A stretch of DNA of 64,000 bases from Laetmonice hystrix (lineage: Eukaryota): the NCBI GenBank assembly GCA_965235115.1, contig OZ249436.1:55120001-55184000 (forward strand). The letters are read 5' to 3'. The translations under genes were made by a program, and so were the position numbers. Shown piece by piece: positions 26,311 to 39,250 of the stretch (its first letter is position 1; every line of letters starts with the position of its first letter). Under the pieces are notes generated by a model. That model was not told where the DNA came from. It did no database searches and saw only the letters and a program-made list of their open reading frames with translations.

Positions 26311-26450
26311 TAAGCGGGGAACACGGCTAATGCGATTCTACGCTCCTTATGGTTTTCAGCGAGTGTGAATACACCTTAAGCTCCAGCGACGTCGCTCCAT
26401 CGCGTCGCATTGCGTCGCGTAGCATCGCGTCAGGTGTGTTTCCCACTTAA
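26311..26450. mobile_element. Short MITE-like element
   Basis: TTAAGCGGGGAACAC and GTGTTTCCCACTTAA ends, with CGCGTCGC-type internal repeats. Confidence 0.55.
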
Positions 26451-26886
26451 GGCCTACGTCTTTGCAGGTAGCTGTGCTAAGTCTGGTCTTACCAACCAAC
26501 GTTAGAGGTTCACTTGGTAAAATAACCTTGTTTAGAACCTGTACAAAGAGCCCGTCGAGCCTACTGGGGGAAGCAATGCCTCATCCCCCCCCCCCCCCCC
26601 AATGTTGTTTTTAGTTGCTAAGAACAATTACTAACTATTACCATCATCGCAACCCACTTCCCCATCCAGATCATCTCTTCCAACTATGTCTCAAGGCGTA
26701 TTTAAAGTGGGGGATTTGGGCAGGCGTAATACTAATGTTGTTGCCATAAAAAGAGGGTCGCCCCCCCCCCCCCCGAAAAAAAGAGATTCCAATAATAATA
26801 CTTTCAATGGCGATGCTGCATGAGTAATACTCTAATGTGATATACTGAGAGGGCCTGTTTCTCATACTTCACCAAACTGATCTTAC

Positions 26887-27041
26887 CCATCCTGCCAGGC
26901 CAATAGAACCTCGGAGATCGTATCCAGTGACCCCGTGCTGCCATCTGACGGATCAACCTTGTACTTTTGCGCTCCGGATAGGAATCGTCGGAGACAGTTT
27001 TTGTGTGGTGGGCATGCCATCACGCCAAAGTACAGGAACAT
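26887..27041 (-). CDS. Putative alternative first coding exon (MFLYFGVMACPPHKNCLRRFLSGAQKYKVDPSDGSTGSLDTISEVLLAWQD-), phase 2
   Basis: ATG two codons after an in-frame TAG, 155 nt open, ending GG|GTAAGA. Confidence 0.5.
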
Positions 27042-29008
27042 CTGCTATGGTCACTACAATCCATGGTTGATATGGGATTTACTTCATGTTGAGTTACAAT
27101 GCAATAATAATAAATCAATGATGTATTGATGAGCTCGGCATGAACATAGGCCTGTATAATTGGTGCACATTTGGAATGTATGGCTTTAGGCCTCGGCCTC
27201 CCGTGTGGTGACGTACATGTCTCCATAGAAACATTATCTGCCACCTGCCTTTTCTGTCTCCTCAGAACATCTCGTGAGCCGTAGAATTATTAAGCGGTTT
27301 TGTCATGATTTCCACTGTAAAACTACTCAGATATCAGTCTGGTTCACTGACTTAAGCACATGTATGACACCGAAGGAGGGCCCACTCAGGCTTCCGAAGA
27401 GTAAAGTTCTATCCTAATCAGCACTTGACATGAGTGACAACGCCACTCATAACTTGAATTCCCTTGAACAACAACGCTCCGATGAACTTCAAATGTTTCG
27501 TCCAACGCAGGCATTGGCAATAAATACGCCGGAAACATAATCCGGGGCCATAATGACCTGATCGAGGTGTTTGGATACATCGTAACTATCCATCCAAGAA
27601 AATGTGGAAATCCATCATGTCAATCCCACAACTTGTGGACAGTTAGCACTGACCGACGTCCTGGTATCTATCTGAGACAACGGACGAGTTTGTCAACATC
27701 AAGTCTGTCGCCACAGTATTAGGCAGTGTCCCTCGATCTTTGCCGCAGCGCGGGCCCGGCCTGTAGGGAATCCATACGGTCTAACGGTTTCTGGACCACT
27801 TTGATCCCCTCCACAGTCAATCAGTTAGTACCAGTACAAAGCTGGCCGGGCCAGTCACAGTGCCAAGTCAGGGCAGGCATGCAGACCAGCTGTGCTAACT
27901 TGGCGACCGCCCATTAGACAGGAACACATGTTGGAGCACAATAACACCCCATCGTCATAATTACCTTATGGTATGGTTTATTGCAGTGCTTGCAGCCCAG
28001 GTCACAACACCGGCCAATAAAATTCATTCTCTGCTTCACTAACTGCGGACAGCACTTTAAATAAATGTGCCCTTCTGAGTTGACCCCTCTTCCATTTTGT
28101 TCTAACAGCACAGTGTAATCATGATATATAGACCCTCGAGGCCTCTGTGGGCGAATTTCGTGAGGTCTTTTCTCGGAACACCTGAAAGTCCTGCGTCTCA
28201 CGTGCCGTGGCCAAAGTACACTGTTAAGCCGGAGATCACAGTTCCTGACATGGACCCCTACAAATTAGCTACATAATATTATGGGTACTCTCAGTTCTGA
28301 AGTTTCTTTACTGGTAATCAAATGCAATAACACTGGCAGTTTTAGTCCCTCCAGAGGCATATCTAGGATTTCCACAAGAGAAAGCCTACTCACAAAAGGG
28401 GGCAAGTTAAAATGAAAATAAGGTAAGGAATATTTTGCCAAACTTTTAGTAGCCTTTACGTTGATATCGATGTTCCACTCGATAATTTTACGAGTTCCAA
28501 TGTCAACACGACCTTTGGAGGTGTGTTTATGTTTATGGCAGTGTCACAAATAAAACACCGAGCACTATAAAATAGAAGAAGCTGGGAATGCTGTTAAGAT
28601 TTAACCTACACGCGTATAAGAGTATCGTATATTTTTCACACATTATATATAGGAGCCTACATGAGGACACCATTAGATCAATACATTGTATTCCGTAGCC
28701 TAATGGCGATGACTCTAGGAAGGCAACCAACAAGTCTCTAATGAATTAGTTGGTCAATTAGTAATCTACTTAAGCTCGCGGTAACAAGGTCTGGATGTGT
28801 ATCTTCCCATCTAAGCGGAAGTTGTGTTGGTATTTAAAAAATACAGATTAGGTTATCAATCAGGTCACTTTCATCAACGATGAAATTCCGCTCATTAACA
28901 GACCTTAATTCCATTAGGCCTTAATTATCTCATTTTATACATTAGTGGATTGCTATTTAGCTCTCTAATGACTGTGTCTGTCGGCTCTGGGCGATGGACT
29001 ATAGCAAT

Positions 29009-29059
29009 GGGTGAGTGAGTGAGTGGGGGGGGGGTGAGTGAGTAGTTGGGGTTTAACAC
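29009..29059 (-). mobile_element. Extreme 3'-tail retrocopy (51 bp) of the same SINE/LINE tail family, with a 12-bp TSD
   Basis: Minus strand GTGTTAAACCCCAACTACTCACTCAC...; GACTATAGCAAT at 28997-29008 and 29060-29071. Confidence 0.75.
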
Positions 29060-29466
29060 GACTATAGCAATCGTATTTGGCGGTCTAGCCGGGGAGGCGT
29101 GTCGGGTGGGGTGGGGGGCGGCGGCATTCACCCCGTCAGTGTTTCTCCTCCCGTCCACCAGGGGACTATTTTAACACTAGAGGGCGGCAAGTCCTCCGGT
29201 GTCTCCGCTAGGGGGCCAAGCGTTCGGCAGGGAACGTGAGCGGACGAGCGGCACCGAGAGTGATGTTTGTATCGGCACACAGTAAAATTAAAAGACACAG
29301 TGACGGTTTGGTGGGATGGAAGGCAGATCCGTTGACCTAGCTGTGGTTGTTATGAAAGGTGCCCCCCTTTGAAAGTCATGGATCCGCATGGATTATAGTC
29401 CTAGGGAGACCTACTACTATAGGCCGCTACCCAATTAGTAAAATTTAACACCATAGAAATACCTAC

Positions 29467-29612
29467 CTCTCATTCAGACTCATGTAGCTGCCGTAGATGC
29501 CGTACTTCCAACTCGTGTCTACCTCTTCCCAGAAGTCATTGCTGTAAATTTTGGGCTCGGGTTGGCATGGTAACGGGGGAGGCTCGTAATCTTCGAAGTT
29601 GTACATTTCCAT
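29467..29612 (-). CDS. Putative alternative first coding exon (MEMYNFEDYEPPPLPCQPEPKIYSNDFWEEVDTSWKYGIYGSYMSLNE-), phase 2
   Basis: Open frame ending AG|GTAGGT. Protein-like composition from ATG 29612; the frame stays open back to ATG 29681. Confidence 0.6.
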
Positions 29613-30098
29613 CTTCCCAGATTCGTCACTGAAACCCACCAGAATATAGGTAAAGATAATGGAGAACGTATTCATAGGCATTTTCTGTTCCTAAGGCTGG
29701 CTATTTTTTCTTCTTATTCAATTTCCCAGCGTTTTACAAAGAAGTCGGTCTTATTCAGCGAATCTGTGTTTAAGGATACCTATCTTTTGTGGATGTTATG
29801 ACATACTTCCTTTTTTAAATTACAGACTTTTTTTACCTTTTCGAATCGATCTAATGTACAAAACTTGTATGCATCACCTCACAAACACATCGACATGTCA
29901 GACCTTTGGCCTTCATTATATCCATTGCCGTTTATCTATTTAATTAATTAATTATTTATTTATCTTTTTTCTTTGTCCTTTTTGACCGTCCTAGATTAGT
30001 TCCCGTCGTAAATACTATAATAATGACAATTTCTATGTCACCAACTCTCCACCTGGCCATCTCCATTTTATGAACATGTCACTTATTATCATCAGTTC

Positions 30099-31062
30099 CA
30101 ATAAACGACCACAGGACGAGCTTACCCAACACACAGCTACCCTTCAATAAACGACCACAGGACGAGCTTACCCAACACACAGCTACCCTTCAATAAACGA
30201 CCACAGGACGAGCTTACCCAACACACAGCTACCCTTCAATAAACGACCACAGGACGAGCTTACCCAACACACAGCTACCCTTCAATAAACGACCACAGGA
30301 CGAGCTTACCCAACACACAGCTACCCTTCAATAAACGACCACAGGACGAGCTTACCCAACACACAGCTACCCTTCAATAAACGACCACAGGACGAGCTTA
30401 CCCAACACACAGCTACCCTTCAATAAACGACCACAGGACGAGCTTACCCAACACACAGCTACCCTTCATAAACGACCACAGGACGAGCTTACCCAACACA
30501 CAGCTACCCTTCAATAAACGACCACAGGACGAGCTTACCCAACACACAGCTACCCTTCAATAAACGACCACAGGACGAGCTTACCCAACACACAGCTACC
30601 CTTCAATAAACGACCACAGGACGAGCTTACCCAACACACAGCTACCCTTCAATAAACGACCACAGGACGAGCTTACCCAACACACAGCTACCCTTCAATA
30701 AACGACCACAGGACGAGCTTACCCAACACACAGCTACCCTTCAATAAACGACCACAGGACGAGCTTACCCAACACACAGCTACCCTTCAATAAACGACCA
30801 CAGGACGAGCTTACCCAACACACAGCTACCCTTCAATAAACGACCACAGGACGAGCTTACCCAACACACAGCTACCCTTCATAAACGACCACAGGACGAG
30901 CTTACCCAACACACAGCTACCCTTCAATAAACGACCACAGGACGAGCTTACCCAACACACAGCTACCCTTCAATAAACGACCACAGGACGAGCTTACCCA
31001 ACACACAGCTACCCTTCAATAAACGACCACAGGACGGGTACCGGACACACAGCTACCCTTCA
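30099..31062. repeat. 46-bp minisatellite, 21 copies, almost invariant
   Basis: CAATAAACGACCACAGGACGAGCTTACCCAACACACAGCTACCCTT repeated. Confidence 0.97.
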
Positions 31063-31595
31063 CATGGGTTGTTTTTATGATCGCAAGAGCTAGCCATGGC
31101 ATGTAGGCCCTGTATACTAAATATCATGACAGCACGCCATAAATCAGTACTGGACGTGACACGCTGACACCGCGTGACACCGGCCCGCCACGGCCGGCGG
31201 GGGAGGGGGTCCCACGCGAATTTTATTAAGTGTTAAATACACAATTACATCACTTTCAAATTAAAGTAAAATCGCGATTTCATACATGTGTCATTCTAGG
31301 GACGGACACCGAGGCATTAAGAGGTGATCGTCTAACACTATACCAGTGACCCAATTACTGACGACACATGAATGAACTCTAGTTAACCCGACATGCATGA
31401 CACGTCACACACTTTCATTGTCATAGAACTGAAGGTGGGCATCAAAAGAAGCAACATGAAAAATGACCGCTGTCTGTTTTTGCTACACGTGGGTTTATCG
31501 TACCTGGTGACTGAAGTTTATACCACAGACTGCACAGCGATGAAGGCGTACATGACATATGGATTTTGAGGGTCAAAACAGGTAAATTCCATATT

Positions 31596-31930
31596 TGGCC
31601 CCCAAAAAAACTTTATTTCCCTGTCCTTCCAGATAAAAAAAAGTTGGTGCGGTGATGCGTTTTTATTGCAACCAGAGGATGGCGGATTCTTCGGGTGCGA
31701 TTGCTGTTGGGTACATGAAGAAATCTTGAAGAAAATAAACTAATGCAATGATATTCAATGTTTTTATGAAAGAATGTGAAAAACTCACATCAAAAGTATT
31801 TAAAAATTGAACGTTGTAACGTTCTGCCTCAGCGCTACACCGCCCCACCACAGTATGAAGCAGTCGGATTTTTTTCAGGAGAAAAAAACTGTGACGCGCG
31901 GGGGACAAGAAGCGAAACTTTTGCCTTTTT
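31596..31930 (+). mobile_element. MITE family copy (inverted homologue at 52390-52742)
   Basis: GATTGCTGTTGGGTACATGAAGAAATC...GCAATGATATTCAATGTTTTTAT aligns with the reverse complement of about 52580-52650. Confidence 0.65.
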
Positions 31931-32300
31931 GCCTTTGCGCCAATGGCTTTGTCCAATATAGATCTATCTGAGTTCAGCAAGAGCCCAGCTCGAAGAGCCA
32001 ATCTATCTATTGTCACGCCTGAGGCAACGCTTTTGTGCATTGCGTAATTGATACTAGCCCTATATCCCTGAAACTGGACGATTTCAATACGGACAAGGAA
32101 TGTTAGGCCTAAGTGCTGAACAGCAGAAACAGATGTTGGAAATCTCCTGCAGAAGAGTGGGGGAGGGGGGGGGGGTTATCGGGGGGGGGGGGGGTTATCC
32201 ACTCCCGAACATGGTCCATGTTCTCAACCCTATCATCACCAACAGATTGAATAAGTATAACTGTGGCCCAATATCGTTGCCTTGGAGATGGGCGATAAAA

Positions 32301-32649
32301 CAGGGTCCGTAGAGTTATAACGTTTTTAAACTAGAGTACAGAAAGAGGACTCATGCGTATTCTAGAATTCTTAACCATTCAGACTACAGGTCAAAAGTGC
32401 AACGGAAGCGCTTCAATGCGTATTACAACTGAGTTTTGGAGGATAAAATTAATTGCATTTTTCTAGGACTAGAATCTGATATCTCGTGCTTACTTGAGCT
32501 TGAAGATAACGTGAGATATCTTACTGGAAAATGGCATAATTCAAGCCTATACCAAAGTTCTTGAATTTTTCAGGAGTTTCCAGGACATTCCAAGTACTGG
32601 GAGAAGGATGCTTGATTTTCTAGGACTTTCCAATAGTCTGCGAACCCTG
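32301..32649. mobile_element. Degenerate hAT-like MITE
   Basis: CAGGGTCCGTAGA and TCTGCGAACCCTG imperfect TIRs with subterminal TTCCAGGA repeats; no clear TSD. Confidence 0.45.
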
Positions 32650-33554
32650 TAAAGTTGATCGGTTGGCAAATATGTTCCATAGCCAGACACCATTACTTTT
32701 GTCGGCTTTTGCAAGTGGTGGGCCTACATTATGTCCCCATTTATATAACGACCTTAATTTTTTTGCCCATAATACAAGAACCAGAACGTGTGTTGCATAC
32801 CTGAGGGATGCAGCATATATACCCGATGTATGAGAATCATTCTCGGATAAAAAAAAAAAATCATGATATTAGCTTTGAATCGAGCTCTACGTCCGAGCTT
32901 GAGGAATACGTGTGAAGTCGCATTCGGAAACAGTGACTTGGCCATGTGTGAATGTGACATCACCTAGACATGTTTGTTTACATGAAACCCATTATGGCTG
33001 AGATAAACAAGACTGATCATCGTCAGACCTGCAGTCACAGAAGTTGCAGAAGATGAACCCGTCCCTACCGCGAGATAGAGAAAAACGAACCTCAACTTTT
33101 AAAATAAACCCTCATGCAAGACCGAATATATTTAAAATGACTGGGTTTCAGGAGACTTTTAAAATATATGTCGTAGAACATACTTTGCCTGCCAATTGAT
33201 GATTCGGGACTCACCCATGAAGTGTCAAAGGTCACGCCACATTTCTTTGATTTATAATATGTCCCGTATTTCGCCACTCTAGTGCTCCTCTAATTGGTCC
33301 CACGTGGAAGAAGACTGGGAGGTTTGGTATGTAAACAACTGTCCTGTAACTTCTCTTATCCAAATACTGCATTCCGCCAACTCATGCACTAAACACGCCC
33401 ACTATCTCCTCCACTTTGGCCAGAAACTTAAAGGAATGTTCAAGAAAATTGCTGTGACTTTCAAGACTGCAGGACAATATGAAATCTAATTGTTGATGTG
33501 ACAGATACAGGATCTATAGTTTGCATACAGCATGTCAAAAATAACAATACTTAC

Positions 33555-33700
33555 ACAATTCGCAACTCCACCATAGAGCGCGAATGTTTTCGGCTGGCCT
33601 TCAGTTTCTCCGAGGTCATGGCATGGTGTCCTATATCAAGTCCTCCAGGTTGCAGATATCTGCTTTCCTGAATTTTCAGTTTTCGTTTGAAGCGGAACAT
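33555..33700 (-). CDS. Putative alternative first coding exon (MFRFKRKLKIQESRYLQPGGLDIGHHAMTSEKLKASRKHSRSMVELRI-), phase 2
   Basis: ATG to GT|GTAAGT donor, 146 nt with no stop; TATAATAG about 80 bp upstream. Confidence 0.6.
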
Positions 33701-36700
33701 ATTCCTGCAGTGTTTGGCGAAGTTGACATTGAGGTATTACTGAACGATGAGCCACGTGGGCGTGGGAGGTGACCGCTATTATAGGTGGACTACGTGACGA
33801 CCCTGGAGTGTCGGCCCCTCCAGTCCAACACCCGGTCAGTCTTCACTAAGGAAACAATGTTTAAACGCATCCCTCCTTGCTTGATGTAGGTGCCCAACTC
33901 ATGCATTCAACACTGTAGTTCTATTGAACAGCAAGCACTTAGTGAATGACAAAAAGAAGCGCCCTCTGTAGTGGAAACTCGCTGTCACCTGGTAACCTGG
34001 TCAGTAGGAAGTTGGCATATAGTTATCAATAGCTTCATGTGCTCATCAGGGCGGGCGAACAGTAGGTGCCAGGAATTGATCGTGGTCGATGCCAGCCCGC
34101 TGACAGGTGTAGGGATCTGTCAAGTGCGGGTCCACACCTTACAATTAGTGTGCTTCAGTACAGGCCTATCTCATGTATGTAGACACTGCTCACTCAACCA
34201 CAGCCATGGGGCGGGCGGGGATCGTCACCATGTGCAGGCAAAGGAGTCGCCACAGGCACCAAGCCCCCGGGCCCTATACAGGCCAGGAAGTCTGCCGGCC
34301 CGCAAGGAGGAACCCTCCAGCACCTCCTCCAGTAAACTTCACCGGGCCTTAATCTAAACAGATCCCCGCCGTTGTGATCACAAACAACCGTGATGCATTT
34401 ACACTGCCATAACAGCAGCTGGTTGAAGTTGAGCTATAAATGAAGACAGCGGTGCCTTAAATCTGAGGTTATGCACCTAGTACATATAGTACAGTTGGAT
34501 ATACCGAGGTCACGTGACACACGGAAAAGCACACGCCCATCACTGGAGTCCCCTCGATGTCTGCAGGCCACGTGACTTGTCTGATTGACTTTCATCTCTT
34601 CAGTCGGCACAGGGGCGGAGGCCTTTTACTTACTGTGCAGAATCCTGTCAGGTCAGGTACTGAAACCTAATTGTCACCGCCCGAAGAAGCGACTCTCGTT
34701 TTGGCCTATACGTAATGAAGATGTAGGCCTATAGTAGGCCCTCTATCTGAAGAGACATACATTAAAATCTCACAGGTAGCTCCTACTGTACTCTACGGAG
34801 CAACTTGGTAACTTGACCTTATCCGTAGTCTTGACTCCTGGGTAGTTCCTCTTTAGATAATACAGTTCCACGATCTGTCTAGCGCTCCTGACAGTTTGCG
34901 TTGGTATATGAATCACCAGAGTTACACACTTATATGTATCCTTGTACCGAGATCGACGCCCCACACCCTGTTGGCAGTTGTACAGTCTTGTGGCCACGTG
35001 GGATCTATCCGGGTCATATTTAACATTCAGGATGACCTGGTCAGTTCCGACAGTAGCGGCCGACTGCAGCTATAGCTAACATTAGGGAACGACCTAACAC
35101 TACTTCATGCTCCATGTTTGGGGTCCTTTTTTCTCACGGTGGATGGCAGCACGTGATTCCACCCCCACGGGGAGTGGGGGATGGTGGGTACCCCCACAGG
35201 CTCACAGGTGGGCTGGCTATAGGATCATAGCACAGCGGCCAGGTAAGCAGGAACAGATCCAAGCGGGCCACGTGCACGGCCCATTCTCCACCACATACTC
35301 CGTTGTTGTCAACCACGCCTAACGCGGTAGTGTTACTGAATGAGTGAATCTGTGTATGGTGGCAAGGCCAGACGCTACGATCTGCCGGGTGTGTGTGTGG
35401 GGGGGGGGGGGGGTGTAGGTTTAGGGAGGGGGCGGATAGACCTCCCTCCTACCGCCACCTGCTGGTTGGGCGCCAAGCCACACCTGCCACAGGTCGTGTA
35501 ATATTTTGTTTCTCAATCTCGACATACCTGCGCTCCAGCCGGATAGACTTGGTAAGACATCGACGTGATATCATCAGAACAACGCCAGCTACAATTTCCC
35601 CAACTTTTTGGTTTTTGTTGTTTGCCGACTCGCTTTCATCCTTGGCTCGTTGGCCTGGCTCCAAGTCACAATGCGATGTCAATTCAAGTCACTGCGCGCC
35701 CCAGTGTGCATGGCATTCAGCCTCCACTCAACACTGACCTCACTAATTCATCAACAAATGCAGCAAAAACTGTAGGACTGGCGCTACTTTATTTACATCT
35801 CCCTCCTCCTGAGATCCCAATCTACCACATCATCTGTATTCACAGAACATCATCTTATGGATCCTCACAGTTGCCCTTGGACCACGTCAGATAATTCACA
35901 ATATCCTGGCAATGTAAGGGTAATAACACCAGTGACATTCCCATCATCACATTACATGGAACTGCATGGCTGGCACAGTAAATGTTATTTTCAAAACACA
36001 TACATTAACACTGGATCCAGATAGATCGCAAGGTTTTTTTGGTTACGTCAACACTACATGCCTAACACATCGTGAACATGCAAGCCTGTATAGGATTTTT
36101 TTGGTGCCGTATTTTTGTATATTTTTTCTCATTATGTCTGATTGGCAAGAGCATGTCGCTGTCCGTATTCCTTTCTCACACCGTGATGTAACGATCCGTA
36201 CGTGTCCACTATCTGACTCATCAAGGTATCATCACAGGATCATTCAAAGTATGAAACATGGATATTTGTGGTTAATCTCTCACAAATACCACAAAGGTCC
36301 CTCTCCCTCTCTCGACTCTAGCGGGAGTGACAGACTGTTTTTATTACGTTATATTGTATGACACTGTACGGGTGCCCTTTTCCTTAGCCTAACTATATAC
36401 ACACATGTATACTTAGGTCTGTCTTCATATACATTATTATTGATCTGCTGTGTTGTGTGCACCTGTAACGTTTGTACACCTGCTCTATACGTTCTCTGCT
36501 TTCATTTCCACTTCACTACCGTTTTTAGCCCCACAAAGTGTCGGAATAAAAGACGCTGTGGGAACAGGACGGAGACTGTAAGGGGTGGTGGTATAGGGCA
36601 GCCTTGCCTGATCTGGTGGCGCGTCTCAATGGTTAACGGTCGGCGGGTCGCTGTGCAGTGTTCACCCGCCGCTCTCTCACCCGCCGTCCGGCTCTGTCAT

Positions 36701-38408
36701 ACAGTCCCACACGACTTCATTAATAAGATGACACACCGGAACTATAAACTATTGTCGGTTCACGGTCTTGGCAGATCCGAATATCCCGGAAATCATTGTA
36801 GACCTGCCTCACGATGGTCGCCTCACTCGCCACGGTCCAGTGACTTCCCAGTCACCGACACAACTTCCTCTGCGCCTTTCCCAGCGCCACCAACCATGTG
36901 GAACTGTTTACAAAGGACTGCGGATCTATACATATATCACAATGGTGGGCATGCACTGTTAGAGAGCACATCTTTCTCAGGGATTTTGTTCACATTGACC
37001 GAGGACCACTTAAAGCTGCGACCAAATTAAAACAGGCCACGCAAAGGTATGCATGGATCGTGAGGAGATCGATCAGGTGGTCCGACTGGCCATGATAAGT
37101 CGGAATAAAAACATGATGACGGTGACTCTTATATAATGAGTATGATTTTGAGTAAAAAAAATAGGAAAAGGGAGTGAAAGTGACGTCGTCCTGTGGTACG
37201 ATAATGGGTGGACCAGAGCCACTTCCGGGGAATGACGCACAGTTGTAAACATAGTAGAATCACGGTCCCATGTGAAGATACAAGTTCAAAATCATTTGAG
37301 GCTAGGTTGGGGAAAGGAAAATTTAAGGGGGGGGAGGGATCCCCCAGTGTCTACATATTATTATATTACCGCATTTTAACGGTTAATTCTGCAGTTCGGC
37401 GCCATCGTTCTCCCGACAGCCTTGGAATAGTTATTCTCATCTTAAACTGACAACTCATTCAGATACTATATAGTATTTAAATTTTATGGATCAGATATTA
37501 TAGTTCTGTTAATTTCTCGCATGGTTTTTCACCTGACCTTGACAAGTCATCTGTATACACAGGACGTTTAAGATGTCGATAACAGAAACTTCCTGACATG
37601 TCTAAAAGAACACATTCTGGTTTCTAACACCAATACAAAGAGGGCCCTAATAAATAGCCACCTTAACTCCACAAATAGAGCCTAATTGAATAATCAGCGG
37701 CAATTGATGCATGTATAGGAGGTGAGGCTGGGGGGGGGGGGGGAACTCATGGTATGTAGCATGACAGACTGGTATTTAACAAAGTAATCGAGCCGTGATT
37801 CACAATGATTGGCCACCAACATTCACTTAGAACGCCGCGACATGCACAGTGGGTGTTCCGGCAACATCGAAACCACTTACTGGAATTACAATTCCAAATC
37901 ATATCGGTTTTGTGTGTGCAAACATTGAGTATTGTTTTAGTTAGATTTATCATTTTGGTCGTGATAGAATTCTAAGAGCCATGTGATGATGTGTGAATTT
38001 GTGGAAGTCCAGGCCAATGTGTTTTGCATAGTACTGTATATTGATATCATTATTGCATTATTATTTTCTTAAGATGTACATTTATTTTTGAAACAGATTA
38101 TTCTTGCATTTAAATACGTAAGCGGTCAAAATTACTTCCAAAGTTTGGCGTTGGCGCGTGTGGCACTTATCCACGCAATAAATGTAGGGGGGATTCGATT
38201 GCCTCACAGATTATAAGCTGTAAAGAAAACCATAGTAACACTGGCGGATCCAGGGGGTCACATGGGGTCCGGACCCCCCCCCCCCCCCAAAAAAAAAAAA
38301 TGTCATGGCGCCCTCCTGACGATCATGGCGCCCCACGGCATTGTAGGCCTATACACTACTTTTGACATTGGTCATTGAATAGCTTATTTTGTGCTCCAAA
38401 ATGCATTA

Positions 38409-38656
38409 CTGCCGTGAAATGACAAAGGAAGCAAGTCCAACTTTTATCAAAATCGACTTAAGTGTATATTTGGATTCAGGGAAGTAAGTCCTATCTATCA
38501 ATGGGTGTATTTCTGCTAAACATCCTTCTATAAAGCTATCAGTCACATGACAGAAGGAAGCACGTCCATCCAAGTGCAGTGTAGAGACAACTTGTTTATG
38601 TCCATTTCTCGAAACTTGAACTTTTGGACTTTCTTCCTTTTGTCATTTCACGGCAG
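38409..38656. mobile_element. MITE with TIRs of about 30 bp and an ATTA 4-bp TSD, nested in an older GGCGGATCC-type element starting at about 38240
   Basis: CTGCCGTGAAATGACAAAGGAAG and CTTCCTTTTGTCATTTCACGGCAG, with ATTA on both sides. Confidence 0.8.
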
Positions 38657-38849
38657 ATTAGATTTCACCAAATTACACCTTGAATTTCAAAATTGTTCCT
38701 TTACCGTACATACTCCACCCTCACCATCTTATATCGCTGTACACATTGTTAGGTATAGAAAGAGTTTGAATTTGGAAACAACGGAATGACAGACTTGCTG
38801 ATACGCAAAACTCAAATTGAACGAAACAAAATGCCAAGCCAGAATGTGA

Positions 38850-39042
38850 GGGAGTGAGCTGGTTCTTTTTATCCCCCTGTCGGCAATATTTCAGCCATAT
38901 TCCGGGCGATATTAAATAATATAATTCAGTTAAAGGACCGTTGCTTCCCCAGATTCCCAGGGGATGAGGATGAAATCAGAAAGCACCCCGCCCCCGGGAG
39001 GGAATCCATTGCTCTTTCGATCTGTATACCGTTTGATGACCC
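38850..39042 (-). mobile_element. Diverged SINE related to 5471-5719
   Basis: Minus strand ATCGAAAGAGCAATGGATTCCCTCCCGG...TCGCCCGGAATATGGCTGAAATATTGCCGAC...CAGCTCACTCCC parallels the 5.6-kb copy. Confidence 0.55.
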
Positions 39043-39058
39043 AGTTGCTGAGTACTGG

Positions 39059-39250
39059 CAGGCCCGTAATTTCCATCAAATTATTGAGGGGCTAGACCAT
39101 TTCCATTGAATTGAGGGGCTATGCGAACAGACTGTAAGGTTCTCCCTAGTAAAATGGGCTAATTATTAGACAAATTATTAGGCACCACTGAAAATATTGA
39201 GGGGCTTAAGCCCCTAGCGCCCCCCCCCCCCCCCCTGAATTGCGGCCCTG
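39059..39250. mobile_element. MITE with CAGG ends and a near-perfect 5-bp TSD
   Basis: CAGGCCCGTAATT and AATTGCGGCCCTG; flanks ACTGG and ATTGG; internal ATTGAGGGGCT three times. Confidence 0.7.

Noticed and set aside
36440..37030. 196-aa plus-strand ORF
   Set aside because: TTG start, random-like composition, no recognisable domain or splice signals.
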